In this document: positions 39,601 to 54,216 of the stretch, piece after piece
Layout: every line of letters begins with the position of its first letter
Numbering within the stretch: position 1 is the stretch's first letter
NCBI RefSeq assembly: GCF_006345805.1
Contig: NC_043008.1
Span: forward strand, 48,608,001 to 48,672,000
From: Octopus sinensis
Lineage: Eukaryota
Direction of reading: 5' to 3'
Length of the DNA stretch: 64,000 nt
Notes under the pieces: model-generated
Databases searched by the model: none
Seen by the model: only the letters and a program-made list of their open reading frames with translations
Told to the model about the DNA's origin: nothing
Made by a program: the position numbers and the translations under genes

Positions 39601-42600
39601 CATTCATTCTGTCCCCTCAAGCCTGAAGGATCACCATTCATTCTGTCCCCTCAAGCTTGAAGGATCACCATTCATTCTGTCCTCTCAAGCCTGAAGGATC
39701 ACCATTCATTCTGTCCCCTCAAGCCTGAGAGATCACCATTCATTCTGTCCCCTCAAGCCTGACGGATCACCATTCATTTTGTCCCCTCAAGCCTGATGGA
39801 TCAACATTCAATCTGTCCCCTCAAGCCTGACGGATGACCATTCATTCAGTGCCCTCAAGCCTGAAGGATCACCATTCATTCTGTCCCATCAAGCCTGAAG
39901 GATCACCATTCAATCAGTGCCCTCAAGCCTGAAGGATCACCATTCCTTCTGTCCCCTCAAACCTGATGGATCACCATTCATTCTGTGCCCTCAAGCCTGA
40001 AGGATCACCATTCATTGTGTCCCCTCAAGCCTGAAGGATCACCATTCATTCTGTCCCCTCAAGCCTGAAGGATCACCATTCATTCTGTCCCCTCAAGCCT
40101 GAAGGATCACCATTCATTCTGTCCCCTCAAGCCTGAAGGATCACCATTCATTCTGTCCCCTCAAGCCTGAAGGATCACCATTCATTCTGTCCCCTCAAGC
40201 CTGAAGGATCACCATTCATTATGTCCCCTGAAGCCTGAAGGATCACCATTCCTTCTGTCCCCTCAAGCCTGAAGGATCATCATTCATTGTGTCCCCTCAA
40301 GCCTGAAGGATCACCATTCATTCTGTCCCCTCAGGCCTGAAGGATCACCATTCATTCTGTCCCCTCAAGCCTGAAGGATCACCATTTATTCTGTCCCCTC
40401 AGGCCTGAAGGATCACTATTCATTCTGTCCCCTCAAGCTTGAAGGATCACCATTCATTCTGTGCCCTCAAGCTTGAAGGATCACCATTCACTCTGTGCAC
40501 TCAAGCCTGAAGGATCACCATTCATTCTCTCCCCTCAAGCCTGAAGGATCACCATTCATTCTGTCCCCTCAAGCCTGAAGGATCACCATTCATTCTGTCC
40601 CCTCAAGCCTGAAGGATCACCATTCATTCTGTCCCCTCAAGCCTGAAGGATCACCATTCATTCTGTGCCCTCAAGCCTGAAGGATCACCATTCATTCTGT
40701 CACCTCAAGCCTGAAGGATCACCATTCATTCTGTGCCCTCAAGCCTGAAGGATCACCATTCATTCTGTGCCCTCAAGCTTGAAGGATCACCATTCATTCT
40801 GTGCACTCAAGCCTGAAGGATCACCATTCATTCTGTCCCCTCAAGCCTGAAGGATCACCATTCATTCTGTGCCCTCAAGCTTGAAGGATCACCATTCATT
40901 CTGTGCCCTCAAGCCTGAAGATCACCATTCATTCTGTGCCCTCAAGCCTGAAGGATCACCATTCATTCTGTGCCCTCAAGCCTGAAGGATCACCATTCAT
41001 TGTGTCCCCTCAAGCCTGAAGGATCACCATTCATTCTGTCCCCTCAAGCCTGAAGGATCACCATTCATTCTGTCCCCTCAAGCCTGAAGGATCACCATTC
41101 ATTGTGTCCCTCAAGCTGAAGGATCACCATTCATTCTGTCCCCTCAAGCCTGAAGGATCACCATTCATTGTGTCCCTCAAGCCTGAAGGATCACCATTCA
41201 TTCTGTCCCCTCAAGCCTGAAGGATCACCATTCATTCTGTCCCCTCAAGCCTGAAGGATCACCATTCATTCTGTCCCCTCAAGCCTGAAGGATCACCATT
41301 CATTGTGTCCCCTCAAGCCTGAAGGATCACCATTCATTCTGTCCCCTCAAGCCTGAAGGATCACCATTCATTCTGTCCCTCAAGCCTGAAGGATCACCAT
41401 TCATTGTTCCCCTCAAGCCTGAAGGATCACCATTCATTGTGTCCCCTCAAGCCTGAAGGATCACCATTCATTCTGTCCCCTCAAGCCTGAAGGATCACCA
41501 TTCATTGTGTCCCCTCAAGCCTGAAGGATCACCATTCATTCTGTCCCCTCAAGCCTGAAGATCACCATTCATTCTGTCCCCTCAAGCCTGAAGGATCACC
41601 ATTCATTCTGTCCCCTCAAGCCTGAAGGATCACCATTCATTCTGTCCCCTCAAGCCTGAAGGATCACCATTCATTGTGTTCCCCTCAAGCCTGAAGGATC
41701 ACCATTCATTCTGTCCCCTCAAGCCTGAAGGATCACCATTCATTCTGTCCCCTCAAGCCTGAAGGATCACCATTCATTGTGTCCCCTCAAGCCTGAAGGA
41801 TCACCATTCATGTGTCCCCTCAAGCCTGAAGGATCACCATTCATTGTGTCCCCTCAAGCCTGAAGGATCACCATTCATTCTGTCCCTCAAGCCTGAAGGA
41901 TCACCATTCATCATTCTGTCCCCTCAAGCCTGAAGGATCACCATTCATTGTGTCCCCTCAAGCCTGAAGGATCACCATTCATTCTGTCCCCTCAGCCTGA
42001 AGGATCACCATTCATTCTGTCCCCTCAAGCCTGAAGGATCACCATTCATTCTGTCCCCTCAAGCCTGAAGGATCACCATTCATTCTGTCCCCTCAAGCCT
42101 GAAGGATCACCATTCATTCTGTCCCCTCAAGCCTGAAGGATCACCATTCATTCTGTCCCCTCAAGCCTGAAGGATCACCATTCATTCTGTCCCCTCAGGC
42201 CTGAAGGATCACCATTCATTCTGTCCCCTCAAGCCTGAAGGATCACCACCATTCTGTGTCCCCTCAAGCCTGAAGGATCACCATTCATTCTGTCCCCTCA
42301 AGCCTGAAGGATCACCATTCATTCTGTCCCCTCAAGCCTGAAGGATCACCATTCATTATGTCCCCTCAAGCCTGAAGGATCACCATTCATTCTGTGCCCT
42401 CAAGCCTGAAGGATCACCATTCATTCTGTCCCCTCAAGCCTGAAGGATCACCATTCATTCTGTCCCCTCAAGCCTGAAGGATCACCATTCATTCTGTCCC
42501 CTCAAGCCTGAAGGATCACCATTCATTCTGTCCCCTCAAGCCTGAAGGATCACCATTCATTCTGTCCCCTCAAGCCTGAAGGATCACCATTCATTGTGTC

Positions 42601-45600
42601 CCCTCAAGCCTGAAGGATCACCATTCATTCTGTCCCCTCAAGCCTGAAGGATCACCATTCATTCTGTCCCCTCAAGCCTGAAGGATCACCATTCATTCTG
42701 TCCCCTCAAGCCTGAAGGATCACCATTCATTCTGTCCCCTCAAGCCTGAAGGATCACCATTCATTGTGTCCCCTCAAGCCTGAAGATCACCATTCATTCT
42801 GTCCCCTCAAGCCTGAAGGATCACCATTCATTCTGTCCCCTCAAGCCTGAAGGATCACCATTCATTCTGTCCCCTCAAGCCTGAAGGATCACCATTCATT
42901 ATGTCCCCTCAAGCCTGAAGGATCACCATTCATTCTGTCCCCTCAGCCTGAAGGATCACCATTCATTGTGTCCCTCAAGCCTGAAGGATCACCATTCATT
43001 CTGTCCCTCAAGCCTGAAGGATCACCATTCATTGTGTCCCCTCAAGCCTGAAGGATCACCATTCATTCTGTCCCCTCAAGCCTGAAGGATCACCATTCAT
43101 TCTGTCCCCTCAAGCCTGAAGGATCACCATTCATTCTGTCCCCTCAAGCCTGAAGTATCACCATTCATTGTGTCCCCCCAAGCCTGAAGGATCACCATTC
43201 ATTCTGTCCCTCTCCCCCTGAAGGATCACCATTCATTCTGTCCCTCAAGCCTGAAGGATCACCATTCATTGTGTCCCCTCAAGCCTGAAGGATCACCATT
43301 CATTCTGTCCCCTCAAGCCTGAAGATCACCATTCATTGTGTCCCCTCAAGCCTGAAGGATCACCATTCATTGTGTCCCCTCAAGCCTGAAGGATCACCAT
43401 TCATTCTGTCCCCTCAAGCCTGAAGGATCACCATTCATTCTGTCCCCTCAAGCCTGAAGGATCACCATTCATTGTGTCCCCTCAAGCCTGAAGGATCACC
43501 ATTCATTCTGTCCCCTCAGGCCTGAAGGATCACCATTCATTGTGTCCCCTCAAGCCTGAAGGATCACCATTCATTGTGTCCCCTCAAGCCTGAAGGATCA
43601 CCATTCATTCTGTCCCCTCAAGCCTGAAGGATCACCATTCATTCTGTCCCCTCAAGCCTGAAGGATCACCATTCATTGTGTCCCCTCAAGCCTGAAGATC
43701 ACCATTCATTCTGTCCCCTCAGGCCTGAAGGATCACCATTCATTCTGTCCCTCAAGCCTGAGGATCACCATTCATTCTGTCCCCTCAAGCCTGAAGGATC
43801 ACCATTCATTCTGTCCCTCAAGCCTGAAGGATCACCATTCATTGTGTCCCCTCAAGCCTGAAGGATCACCATTCATTGTTCCCTCAAGCCTGAAGGATCA
43901 CCATTCATTCTGTCCCCTCAAGCCTGAAGGATCACCATTCATTCTGTCCCCTCAAGCCTGAAGGATCACCATTCATTGTGTCCCCTCAAGCCTGAAGGAT
44001 CACCATTCATTCTGTCCCCTCAGGCCTGAAGGATCACCATTCATTCTGTCCCCTCAAGCCTGAAGGATCACCATTCATTGTGTCCCCCACAGCCTGAAGG
44101 ATCACCATTCATTCATTCTGTCCCTCAAGCCTGAAGGATCACCATTCATTGTGTCCCCTCAAGCCTGAAGGATCACCATTCATTGTGTCCCCTCAAGCCT
44201 GAAGGATCACCATTCATTCTGTCCCCTCAAGCCTGAAGGATCACCATTCATTCTGTCCCCTCAAGCCTGAAGGATCACCATTCATTGTGTCCCCTCAGGC
44301 TGAAGGATCACCATTCATTCTGTCCCCTCAGGCCTGAAGGATCACCATTCATTCTGTCCCCTCAGCCTGAAGGATCACCATTCATTGTGTCCCCTCAAGC
44401 CTGAAGGATCACCATTCATTGTGTCCCCTCAAGCCTGAAGGATCACCATTCATTCTGTCCCCTCAAGCCTGAAGGATCACCATTCATTGTGTCCCCTCAA
44501 GCCTGAAGGATCACCATTCATTGTGTCCCCTCAAGCCTGAAGGATCACCATTCATTGTGTCCCCTCAAGCCTGAAGGATCACCATTCATTCTGTCCCCTC
44601 AGGCCTGAAGGATCACCATTCATTCTGTCCCCTCAAGCCTGAAGGATCACCATTCATTGTGTCCCCTCAAGCCTGAAGGATCACCATTCATTCTGTCCCC
44701 TCAAGCCTGAAGGATCACCATTCATTGTGTCCCCTCAAGCCTGAAGGATCACCATTCATTGTGTCCCCTCAAGCCTGAAGGATCACCATTCATTCTGTCC
44801 CCTCAAGCCTGAAGGATCACCATTCATTGTGTCCCCTCAAGCCTGAAGGATCACCATTCATTGTGTCCCCTCAAGCCTGAAGGATCACCATTCATTCTGT
44901 CCCCTCAAGCCTGAAGGATCACCATTCATTGTGTCCCCTCAAGCCTGAAGGATCACCATTCATTCTGTCCCCTCAAGCCTGAAGGATCACCATTCATTGT
45001 GTCCCCTCAAGCCTGAAGGATCACCATTCATTCTGTCCCCTCAGGCCTGAAGGATCACCATTCATTCTGTCCCCTCAAGCCTGAAGGATCACCATTCTTT
45101 GTCCCCTCAAGCCTGAAGGATCACCATTCATTCTGTCCCCTCAAGCCTGAAGGATCACCATTCATTCTGTCCCCTCAAGCCTGAAGGATCACCATTCATT
45201 GTGTCCCCTCAAGCCTGAAGGATCACCATTCATTGTGTCCCCTCAAGCCTGAAGGATCACCATTCATTGTGTCCCCTCAAGCCTGAAGGATCACCATTCA
45301 TTGTGTCCCCTCAAGCCTGAAGGATCACCATTCATTGTGTCCCCTCAAGCCTGAAGGATCACCATTCATTCTGTCCCCTCAAGCCTGAAGGATCACCATT
45401 CATTCTGTCCCCTCAGCCTGAAGGATCACCATTCATTCTGTCCCCTCAAGCCTGAAGATCACCATTCATTCTGTCCCCTCAGGCTGAAGGATCACCATTC
45501 ATTCTGTCCCCTCAAGCCTGAAGGATCACCATTCATTCTGTCCCCTCAAGCCTGAAGGATCACCATTCATTCTGTCCCCTCAGGCCTGAAGGATCACCAT

Positions 45601-45673
45601 TCATTCTGTCCCCTCAAGCCTGAAGGATCACCATTCATTCTGTCCCCTCAAGCCTGAAGGATCACCATTCATT
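36651..45673. repeat. 34-bp satellite array, ~9.0 kb, about 265 units
   Basis: Consensus TCCCCTCAAGCCTGAAGGATCACCATTCATTCTG; head-to-tail, no spacers. Confidence 0.98.
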
Positions 45674-46914
45674 ATCTCCTCCTGTATTGCTAGTGATTTT
45701 TGCCTTTTCACCATGCGTATTGCTAGTGATGGTTGTGGTCTTATCTCCAGGTGTCAATTCTATCTCCAGGTGTATTCCTCATTGGCATTAGACTTAGTGC
45801 AAGGTGTATGTCTATTATCGGTGGGCCTTACCTTCATTCTTTGAAGTTGTTAAAAGTTTCTCTAAACTAGTATTAGATGTATTTTAACAGTGAAATATCT
45901 TTGAACAGGTTTAGCCCAAATGATAGAAATCCTGATGTTTGAGGTGAGGTTGAAAATCATTTAAGAATTATCTCAATCCCTTTTGCCTTGTGACTATGAA
46001 AAAAATATTTTTTGTGGTAATTTGTACATGAAGAATAGCATGTTGTCCAGAAAATTAGACATTAAATATTTCAATCTAAAATATTGTTATCACATTAATA
46101 TTCTTGATTGTTATCATTGTTTAATGAAAGTGATAAGCACTTATTTGGTGTTACTGCTGTCCTTGTTGGTCCAAGGAACCACTTCTTGCTGATATATTCC
46201 AATTTCGGTACGGTTTCTATGCCTGGATGCTCTTCCTGTTACCAGATAAACAATATATTCTCTATACTCATTGCTATTGTTTATCAGCCATGTCTATTAA
46301 AGTTTTCTTTCTCTGTGTGTGATTCTGATGAAATTATTCAGCATCCATAGTTTACACTGTATGGAATTTCTACCTCGTCTTTTTCTCAACCTGGCCATTT
46401 CCGTCTTCTTTCTTACTCACTTAAACATTAGTTTTTGTTAAGTTTACTCTGAGACCTGTCAATTCCAGCTCTCCTCTAACTCCTCCTCACCACCATCATC
46501 ATCATCATCTGATCCATTTTGCTATGATGGTCATGTTAGGAAAAAGACGTACCTATTTCTACACACGTCAGGGCTGTATCCTAGTATCTTTGGCCTAAGC
46601 ATTTTGCTTCACAATTTCCCCAGCTCTTCTCTGCCTCTTAGACAATACTTTTCTACCCGACATCAATCACACATTGAATGGTCAATGAATTCATGCATCA
46701 GCAAAAGATACACACACACGCACATAATAAAGACCAGGTCATTAGTACATCTAATATGCCAAGGTCAACGAGGAAATGAACTTCAATATTGTTTCCTCAA
46801 TAATGACATGTATGTCTTAGAGTCTGCCAAATAAGAAATACCAAAGTCGGACATAATTTTCATAAATTTCAACATTCCAAAACCAAATTTCTTGAGAAAT
46901 CTATATTCTTTGTC

Positions 46915-47275
46915 TTCTTTTACTTGTTTCAGTCATTCGAGTGTGGCCATGCTGGGGCAATGCCTTGAAGGATTTTAGTTGAATGAATCAACCTCAGTAC
47001 TACATTTTTTTTAACCTTAGTACTTATTGTATTAATCTCTTTTGCCAAATTGCTAAGTCACAAGGACATAAATACTCAAGCACCAGTTGACAAGTGGTGG
47101 TGGGGACAAATACGGATACGTATATATATGACAGGCTTCTTTCATTTTCCGCCTTCCAAATCCACTCACAAGGCTTTGGTTGGCCTGAAGCTACATTAGA
47201 AGACATTTGCCCAAGATGCCATGCAGTAGGACTGAACCTGGAACCATGTGGTTGGGAAGCAAACTTACCACTTCT
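46915..47275 (-). mobile_element. SINE family 1
   Basis: Near full-length reverse-complement match to 800-1230. Confidence 0.8.
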
Positions 47276-48342
47276 GCATCTATATTATAGGAATCCTGTA
47301 ATTGTTTTGCAATTCCAGCAGACAGAATGGAAAATATAAAAACTCAAAGAACAATGAAGGAACTGCATTGAAAGGTCCGTTTTTGTAAACGGTAATGTCT
47401 ATCCGGATGAAACAGGACAGGGATGTGTTTCCATTGTTGTAAATTCAAAGAGAAACTAGAGAGGAGATGCCATTCCATCAACTTTTGTTCTTCTGCCTGT
47501 TGGGCAATAAAACCTGAGTGAAAAGCGAATTTCACAAAGACTCAAAGAATCACATCATGACTCACAAAACCCGCATATACGGTTCGAAATACTCAGATTT
47601 AGCCGACTCCAAAATTTCTCAGGTAGGTTCAATTCTAGGATCAGGTACCACAGTGATGTGTCTTCGAGCAAGTCACTTCATTTCACATTGCACCAGTCTA
47701 CTCAGCTGTAAAGTTGTACCAACAACAGCAACAGCTGGGGTTTAGTCCTACAACTAATTACAATTAACACAGCTGATACCTTCTCTGATAGATTTGCTAA
47801 TTTATCAACCAATGCAGTCCACACCATCATCATCATCATTGTAATGTCTGTTTGTCCAGACTGGTATGGGTTGGATAGGTCTACACTATTCTGACTTTTG
47901 TGTTTTCTAATTTTATGAGAGACAACAGGTAAATGTTCCTGTCTTTTGTAGGTTGATCCACACAAGAAATGTTTGTGGGGAAAAAGTGACTGGAGAAGAA
48001 ATTCCCAAAAGTTGGAAATCTTGGGAAAATAACTGGTTATGGTTGTTAGTGATTGTCACTTGGGCTTTGTGTCTAGATTGGAAGATATTTCTTGAGGTGT
48101 TTGTTATGATGGTCAATGTTCAGTCTGGTATGGGAGATTACATTTCTGTGAATTTTATTACAAAATTTAAAAATGTAATAAAAAAACTACAAATTTCAAT
48201 TTTTTTTTTATTATGTGGATCTGTGTTTGTGACCAGCCACAAGATTTCATTCAGACAAACTTTAAGACAGATTATATCTCAGTGCCACAATTAGTGAGAA
48301 GGACATATGGGTATGATATGAAATTTCTGTGGTGAAGAATTA

Positions 48343-49466
<1,124 letters not shown>

Positions 49467-50019
49467 AGTGCTGCTCTTCTGTGAGAGGGCTTTACCACAG
49501 ATATCACAGAGGTAAGCTTCCTCACCTGTATGAATACTTTTAAGGGCAGATAAAAAACTTTAACCATGAACTTTTAGCTAAGAATATCAAAGAGAATTAA
49601 ACAGAGAACTTCTGTGAACTCATTTGTTTTCAGTGATGTTACTATTTTGTGTAAATGCTTTACCAGAGTTATCAAAAGGAAATCTTTAAATCTGGGCCTT
49701 CACACACACACCCACACTGCGGATCAGTTATAATTCCTTTCTTACCAATATTTCAAATACAGAACTCAAACACTACAAAATTAGAATTAATGTGTAATGT
49801 TAAATTTCTCCAGTTTTAACCACCACCACCACCACCCAGCCAATATATTTCCAATCAATTAAACAATTGCTCTTAATTGTAAACCAAATATTTTCCAGTA
49901 ATTGAACAAGAGTTACAGAAATATTGCCAAAATCATTCTTGATAATGTCCTTCTTTAGTTCTTAAAATTTCATATTTGTTTAAAGAATCTTGGAGCAGAA
50001 GTTCTTGACTCAACTTTAC
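49467..50019 (-). other. Acceptor and 5' UTR of the ZNF-B coding exon, with decayed fingers
   Basis: TTTTTTATTTCAG|G at ~50020; homology to 28316-28600; fossil SGKAFTQNSNITENK*VH. Confidence 0.7.
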
Positions 50020-50280
50020 CTGAAATAAAAAACAATAAAAGTATTAAGAGATGGAACAAAAATGCGGAGGTAAGAAAAATTGAAACGTGGGAATTTTTTT
50101 TTAACAAAATCTCATTTGCAAAAACATAGAAATCCTAAGAAATTAGAGAAAAGACGTTAAAGCGGCGCGTGCGGGGATATTTTGGAATTTTGCCTCACGA
50201 CTAATGAGTTTAATAATTTTAATTAAAAGTATCATAATAGTTAAAAGATTATAAAATATTTGAGGTTTAGGACAGAATAC

Positions 50281-50316
<36 letters not shown>

Positions 50317-50617
50317 ATATGTGTGTGTGTGTGTGTGTGTGTGAATAGCAGGAAATTTGAGTTGAGGATATAAAAGACGAGATTTTGTTTACATAGAAAT
50401 AATTAAAGTTAATAACGGTAAAAAAAATAAATAATATTTTTTTACTTTTGTTTTACGACAAATGTTTATTTTAATTTAAAAATTGCCAGGAAAATCTTAT
50501 AAAATGACAAGTCTAAATGATTAAACTAGGAAAAAAACTTACGTTTACAATCCTAAAACTCACGACTCCAGAATAAAAGGGAATTTTCGGTGATTAATCG
50601 ATAATCGATATTTATTT

Positions 50618-51250
50618 CAAACTTTTGACAAAACAACGACAAAGATATGAGAATATCGAGGTAAAAGCGGAGATGTTTGTCCGTCCATTTCCACAGACAT
50701 CAATCTAACATAATGTAAAGAGATGGATCCAACAGAAATAAAAGATGGAATGGTACTTACATAAACAATGTGGAACCATTTCGAATAATATCAGAAGAGG
50801 AGGAGGGGGCGGTGCCCCACGGAAAGGGTCAGACCCGTCACAATTAAGGTCCATTAATTATCTCAATTAAGGCCCAATGCCATGTCTGTTGTTTCTATTC
50901 GACACAGTTCCAACATTGACCAAACTCTCTTTTGCTAAACAACAAGATTTACGCAGGAACAAGAAGGAAACGGGTTTTGGTGGACTTAGACACTGCAATT
51001 AACGGGAATCTCCATCCATGACCATCTCTCTCAACCTTCCTTACACCAACGCATCTCAATAATAATTATCATCATTATTACAGCCATAAATAGACAGGCA
51101 TCTCTCCTTAATTAGGTTTTAATGAATCTAAAATTAATTGATTTCCTTAATTCAAAAATACAAACGACGATCGATGACATTTGAACCGGAACTAGAAGTC
51201 TTATCGAAACGGAAGTAGAACTCTTTAATTATTAACATAATATATTCGTC
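50618..51250 (-). promoter_or_regulatory. Shared ZNF 5' module, copy B
   Basis: About 5 differences from copy A over ~540 bp by manual comparison. Confidence 0.65.
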
Positions 51251-51888
51251 ACTCTCCGATTCGAAATAAATATTTTTTTACTTTTATTAACTTATTTATT
51301 TATTTATTTAATGATCAATAGTTTCGTTAATTACAGTTTTCCTGCAGCTAATCACCGGTTTGCAGCATTTTCTCACAACTGCACTGAAAGGGATTGTCTC
51401 TAACTCGGTGCTGAACAAATATCGCAATGGGCTTTGAAAAGCACGCTTATACGGTTTTGTCGTCGCTGTTAATTATCCTTCACTGATATTCACCAGGCGA
51501 ACACACACACACACTGAATAAAAGTTAGTGTTTTAAACTATGAACCTAATAAAGAACTGAATACAAGCGTTGAGTTAGATATGTATAACAACATTATTGA
51601 TAGTGACTTCGAAGTTCCAGCAGCTGTATGATACAAATAATTTGAATGAAGCATATACCTGGTGAAACCTCGAACTTTCGTAATTTAATAGAACAAGACA
51701 GCTGAATGCTCTCGTCAATAAAATCCTTAATGAATCATCCTGTACTTTGTCAAGGTGATAATTGTTCTGGTGGAATATTCTGAGCTGGTCGAATATTCGG
51801 GTGGCAATGCCTCGGGTATCTAACATACCCAGTTGCCTCTCCAATGCACCCAAGTATCTTCCATGCCCAGCTGCTTCCTGAATCTATA

Positions 51889-51923
<35 letters not shown>

Positions 51924-52249
51924 ACTCTTAAACATAGAAATAGATATCAATTCGTTTGTTTCTCTCCGGCCTCTATAGCTCTTCCGTGTTGATTAATTTT
52001 TGTAATTTTATAGAAACGAGACAGCTGAATGCTTTCGTCATTTGTAGGTCCATTCAAACAAGTGATGTTGACGTAGGGGATGGTGAATTTAAACATTTTA
52101 AGCTTGATGTTTGTAGGAAGGAAGGGATTATAGAGAGAATTCCTGAGAATTGCAAACTTTGGAGAACTGATTGTGGTTATGAGACAAAGATGTAAAAATA
52201 CTGAAAACAACAAAAAATATTTACATATATATCCTTATTTGTAAATATA

Positions 52250-52376
52250 CAGGGTGTCCACAAAGTCTGGGTAGATGGGGATTAACACATGCTTTAAGAA
52301 ATTACTATTTCTTATATTTAACTGCTTATGTTATGATTTTATTTATTCCATGTACCCAGACTTTGTGGACACCCGA
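52250..52376. mobile_element. Tc1-type MITE, ~126 bp
   Basis: TIRs CAGGGTGTCCACAAAGTCTGGGTA / TACCCAGACTTTGTGGACACCCG, TA flanks. Confidence 0.85.
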
Positions 52377-53389
52377 TATAGTTGATGTAGATACAAATTT
52401 AAAATGTTGAGAGGGCTGTAACAATACATACATACATACATACATACATATCTATATATATACACATATACATAAAAAGAAACATGTCATCACCATCATT
52501 GTCCATGCTTGCTTGTGAATTTGTTGAGGCAGCTTGTCCTTCCTGTTGCTAAGCTCACATATTTCCAAGCAAGATAACATTTCCTCAAGATGAGACATGT
52601 TTTCATGAGGACTGAAAAAGGAAGGATGCTCGTTTGCAACAACCACACAGCATCAAGACAAAGAGACAAACATAAACACAGACACATTTTGATTCTGTAA
52701 TGACACCGAACACTGACAGTTTTATTCGACTCCCTTTCAGCTCTATTTCATGTCCCAAGCAGCTCAAACCAGAGCCTTTATAACATGTTACTGCAGTTAA
52801 AGGGCAGCAGATTTTCTGCTTGTCATAACAAAGCATTTACACTGGATTAGCTTTCTTATAATAAATCGGAAAATCACTGACTTTTAGATTTAATATTTAC
52901 AGTTTTAATTTTGGTTGGTATTGTCTACTTTGTCCATCCTGGTGGCACACTGTCTCCAAGTCAGCCTCAAAAGAGAATCGTATGGTCTTGAGCAAAGGTG
53001 GTAAATGGTTTGTAAATTCAGAGGTTTTGGTGGTAGCAGTAAAAGTGGCAGCTTTGTGGTGGTAGTGGGGAGGGGGGGGAGTAGATCTGTTAATTAGCTA
53101 ATGAACTTTGTTGATGATGTAGTTTAGAGTGTCTATGTAGAGAAACACCGTCTCATGTTCAGAAGTAAGAAAAGTGAGGTTTCAAGGCTGTTTGAATAAC
53201 ATGTAACTGTTGCAAATGACACAAGCTCAATTGTGTTGGTGCAGAAGGAAGCTATTCTAGATGGACGGTGTACGTTGGATAGGAAGTATCTGTGTTGACT
53301 GAACCTAGTGGCATTCTCATACACAATTTGGATGCCCAGTCAAGCAATCATCTTTGTTGTTTTTTAAAAGAAAATATGTTTTACACCTC

Positions 53390-53797
53390 TATATTTAAGA
53401 GATGAGGAATTATGTACATTATTTACATTCGACAGATATTTGTCCTCATCTTGTTTGTTGTTAACACAACGTTTCATCTGATATACCCTCCAGCCTTCAT
53501 CAGGTGTCTTGGGGAAATTTTGAACATGGGTTCTCATTCCTAAGATATTTCTCGATATTATTATTATTATTATTATTATTCAGGTCACTGACTGGAATCG
53601 AACTCAGAATCTTGGAGTTAGTAGCCAGTGCTCTTAACCACTATGCCATAATAATAACATTGAAAAATACCTTAGGAACGAGAACCCAGGTTCGAAATTT
53701 CCCCAAGACACCTGATGAAGGCTGGAGGGTATATCAGCCGAAACGTTGTGTTAACAACAAACAAGATGAGGACAAATACCCGTCAAATGTAAATAAT
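53390..53797 (-). mobile_element. tRNA-headed SINE-like element with Penelope-type hammerhead tail and inverted copy
   Basis: Inverted arms 53418-53562 / 53649-53797 around a minus-strand tRNA-like head (TGGCATAGTGG...GAGTTCGATTCC, 53648-53581). Confidence 0.75.
53707..53752 (+). ncRNA. Minimal type I hammerhead ribozyme
   Basis: GACAC-CTGATGA-AGGCTG...CAGCC-GAAA-CGTT-GTGTT; second copy on minus strand at 53463-53508 with weakened stem II. Confidence 0.75.
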
Positions 53798-54216
53798 AAT
53801 GAAAATATGTTTTGTTTGTCTGTTTCAGACATCAGATGAGATTAAGGGTTTTTAACAAGATTCCTGCAGTGTTTCTGAGGACAAGAAAGGTTAATTGTTA
53901 TATGTGTGAGAGAGAGAGAGAGTACTCTAATTTTTTACGGTTTAATGCAGATCATATCTCAGCACTGCGGTGCCTGATTAATCTTTTGGTTACCATATTT
54001 CTGCTGAAGCTCACTGCTTTTGTTTCATAATAAGGAAGAATTCAGTAAAACAACTCATAATTAAGCTGGTGCTTGGAACGAATGGAAGGTTTTTAATTTG
54101 AATCAATTAAAAACCAAAAGTTAGTATCATAGAACCAGAACCATGTGTTAGTATTAAAAAGGATTAATGTCGATATCTTTGTTAGTTGGAGTTCCCATAT
54201 TACAGAGTTATGGTTT

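Noticed and set aside
36651-45673. CRISPR array or coding repeat
   Set aside because: No unique spacers and no cas genes; the 34-bp period gives regular stops on both strands, so the ORFs are incidental
49670-49731. A-to-I editing restoring the lost ATG (ATA to AUI) in ZNF-B/C
   Set aside because: That frame ends after ~19 codons at TGA TAA and does not reach the finger ORF; at most a uORF
53581-53648. Functional tRNA gene
   Set aside because: No complete acceptor stem; embedded in a repeat, so treated as a SINE head
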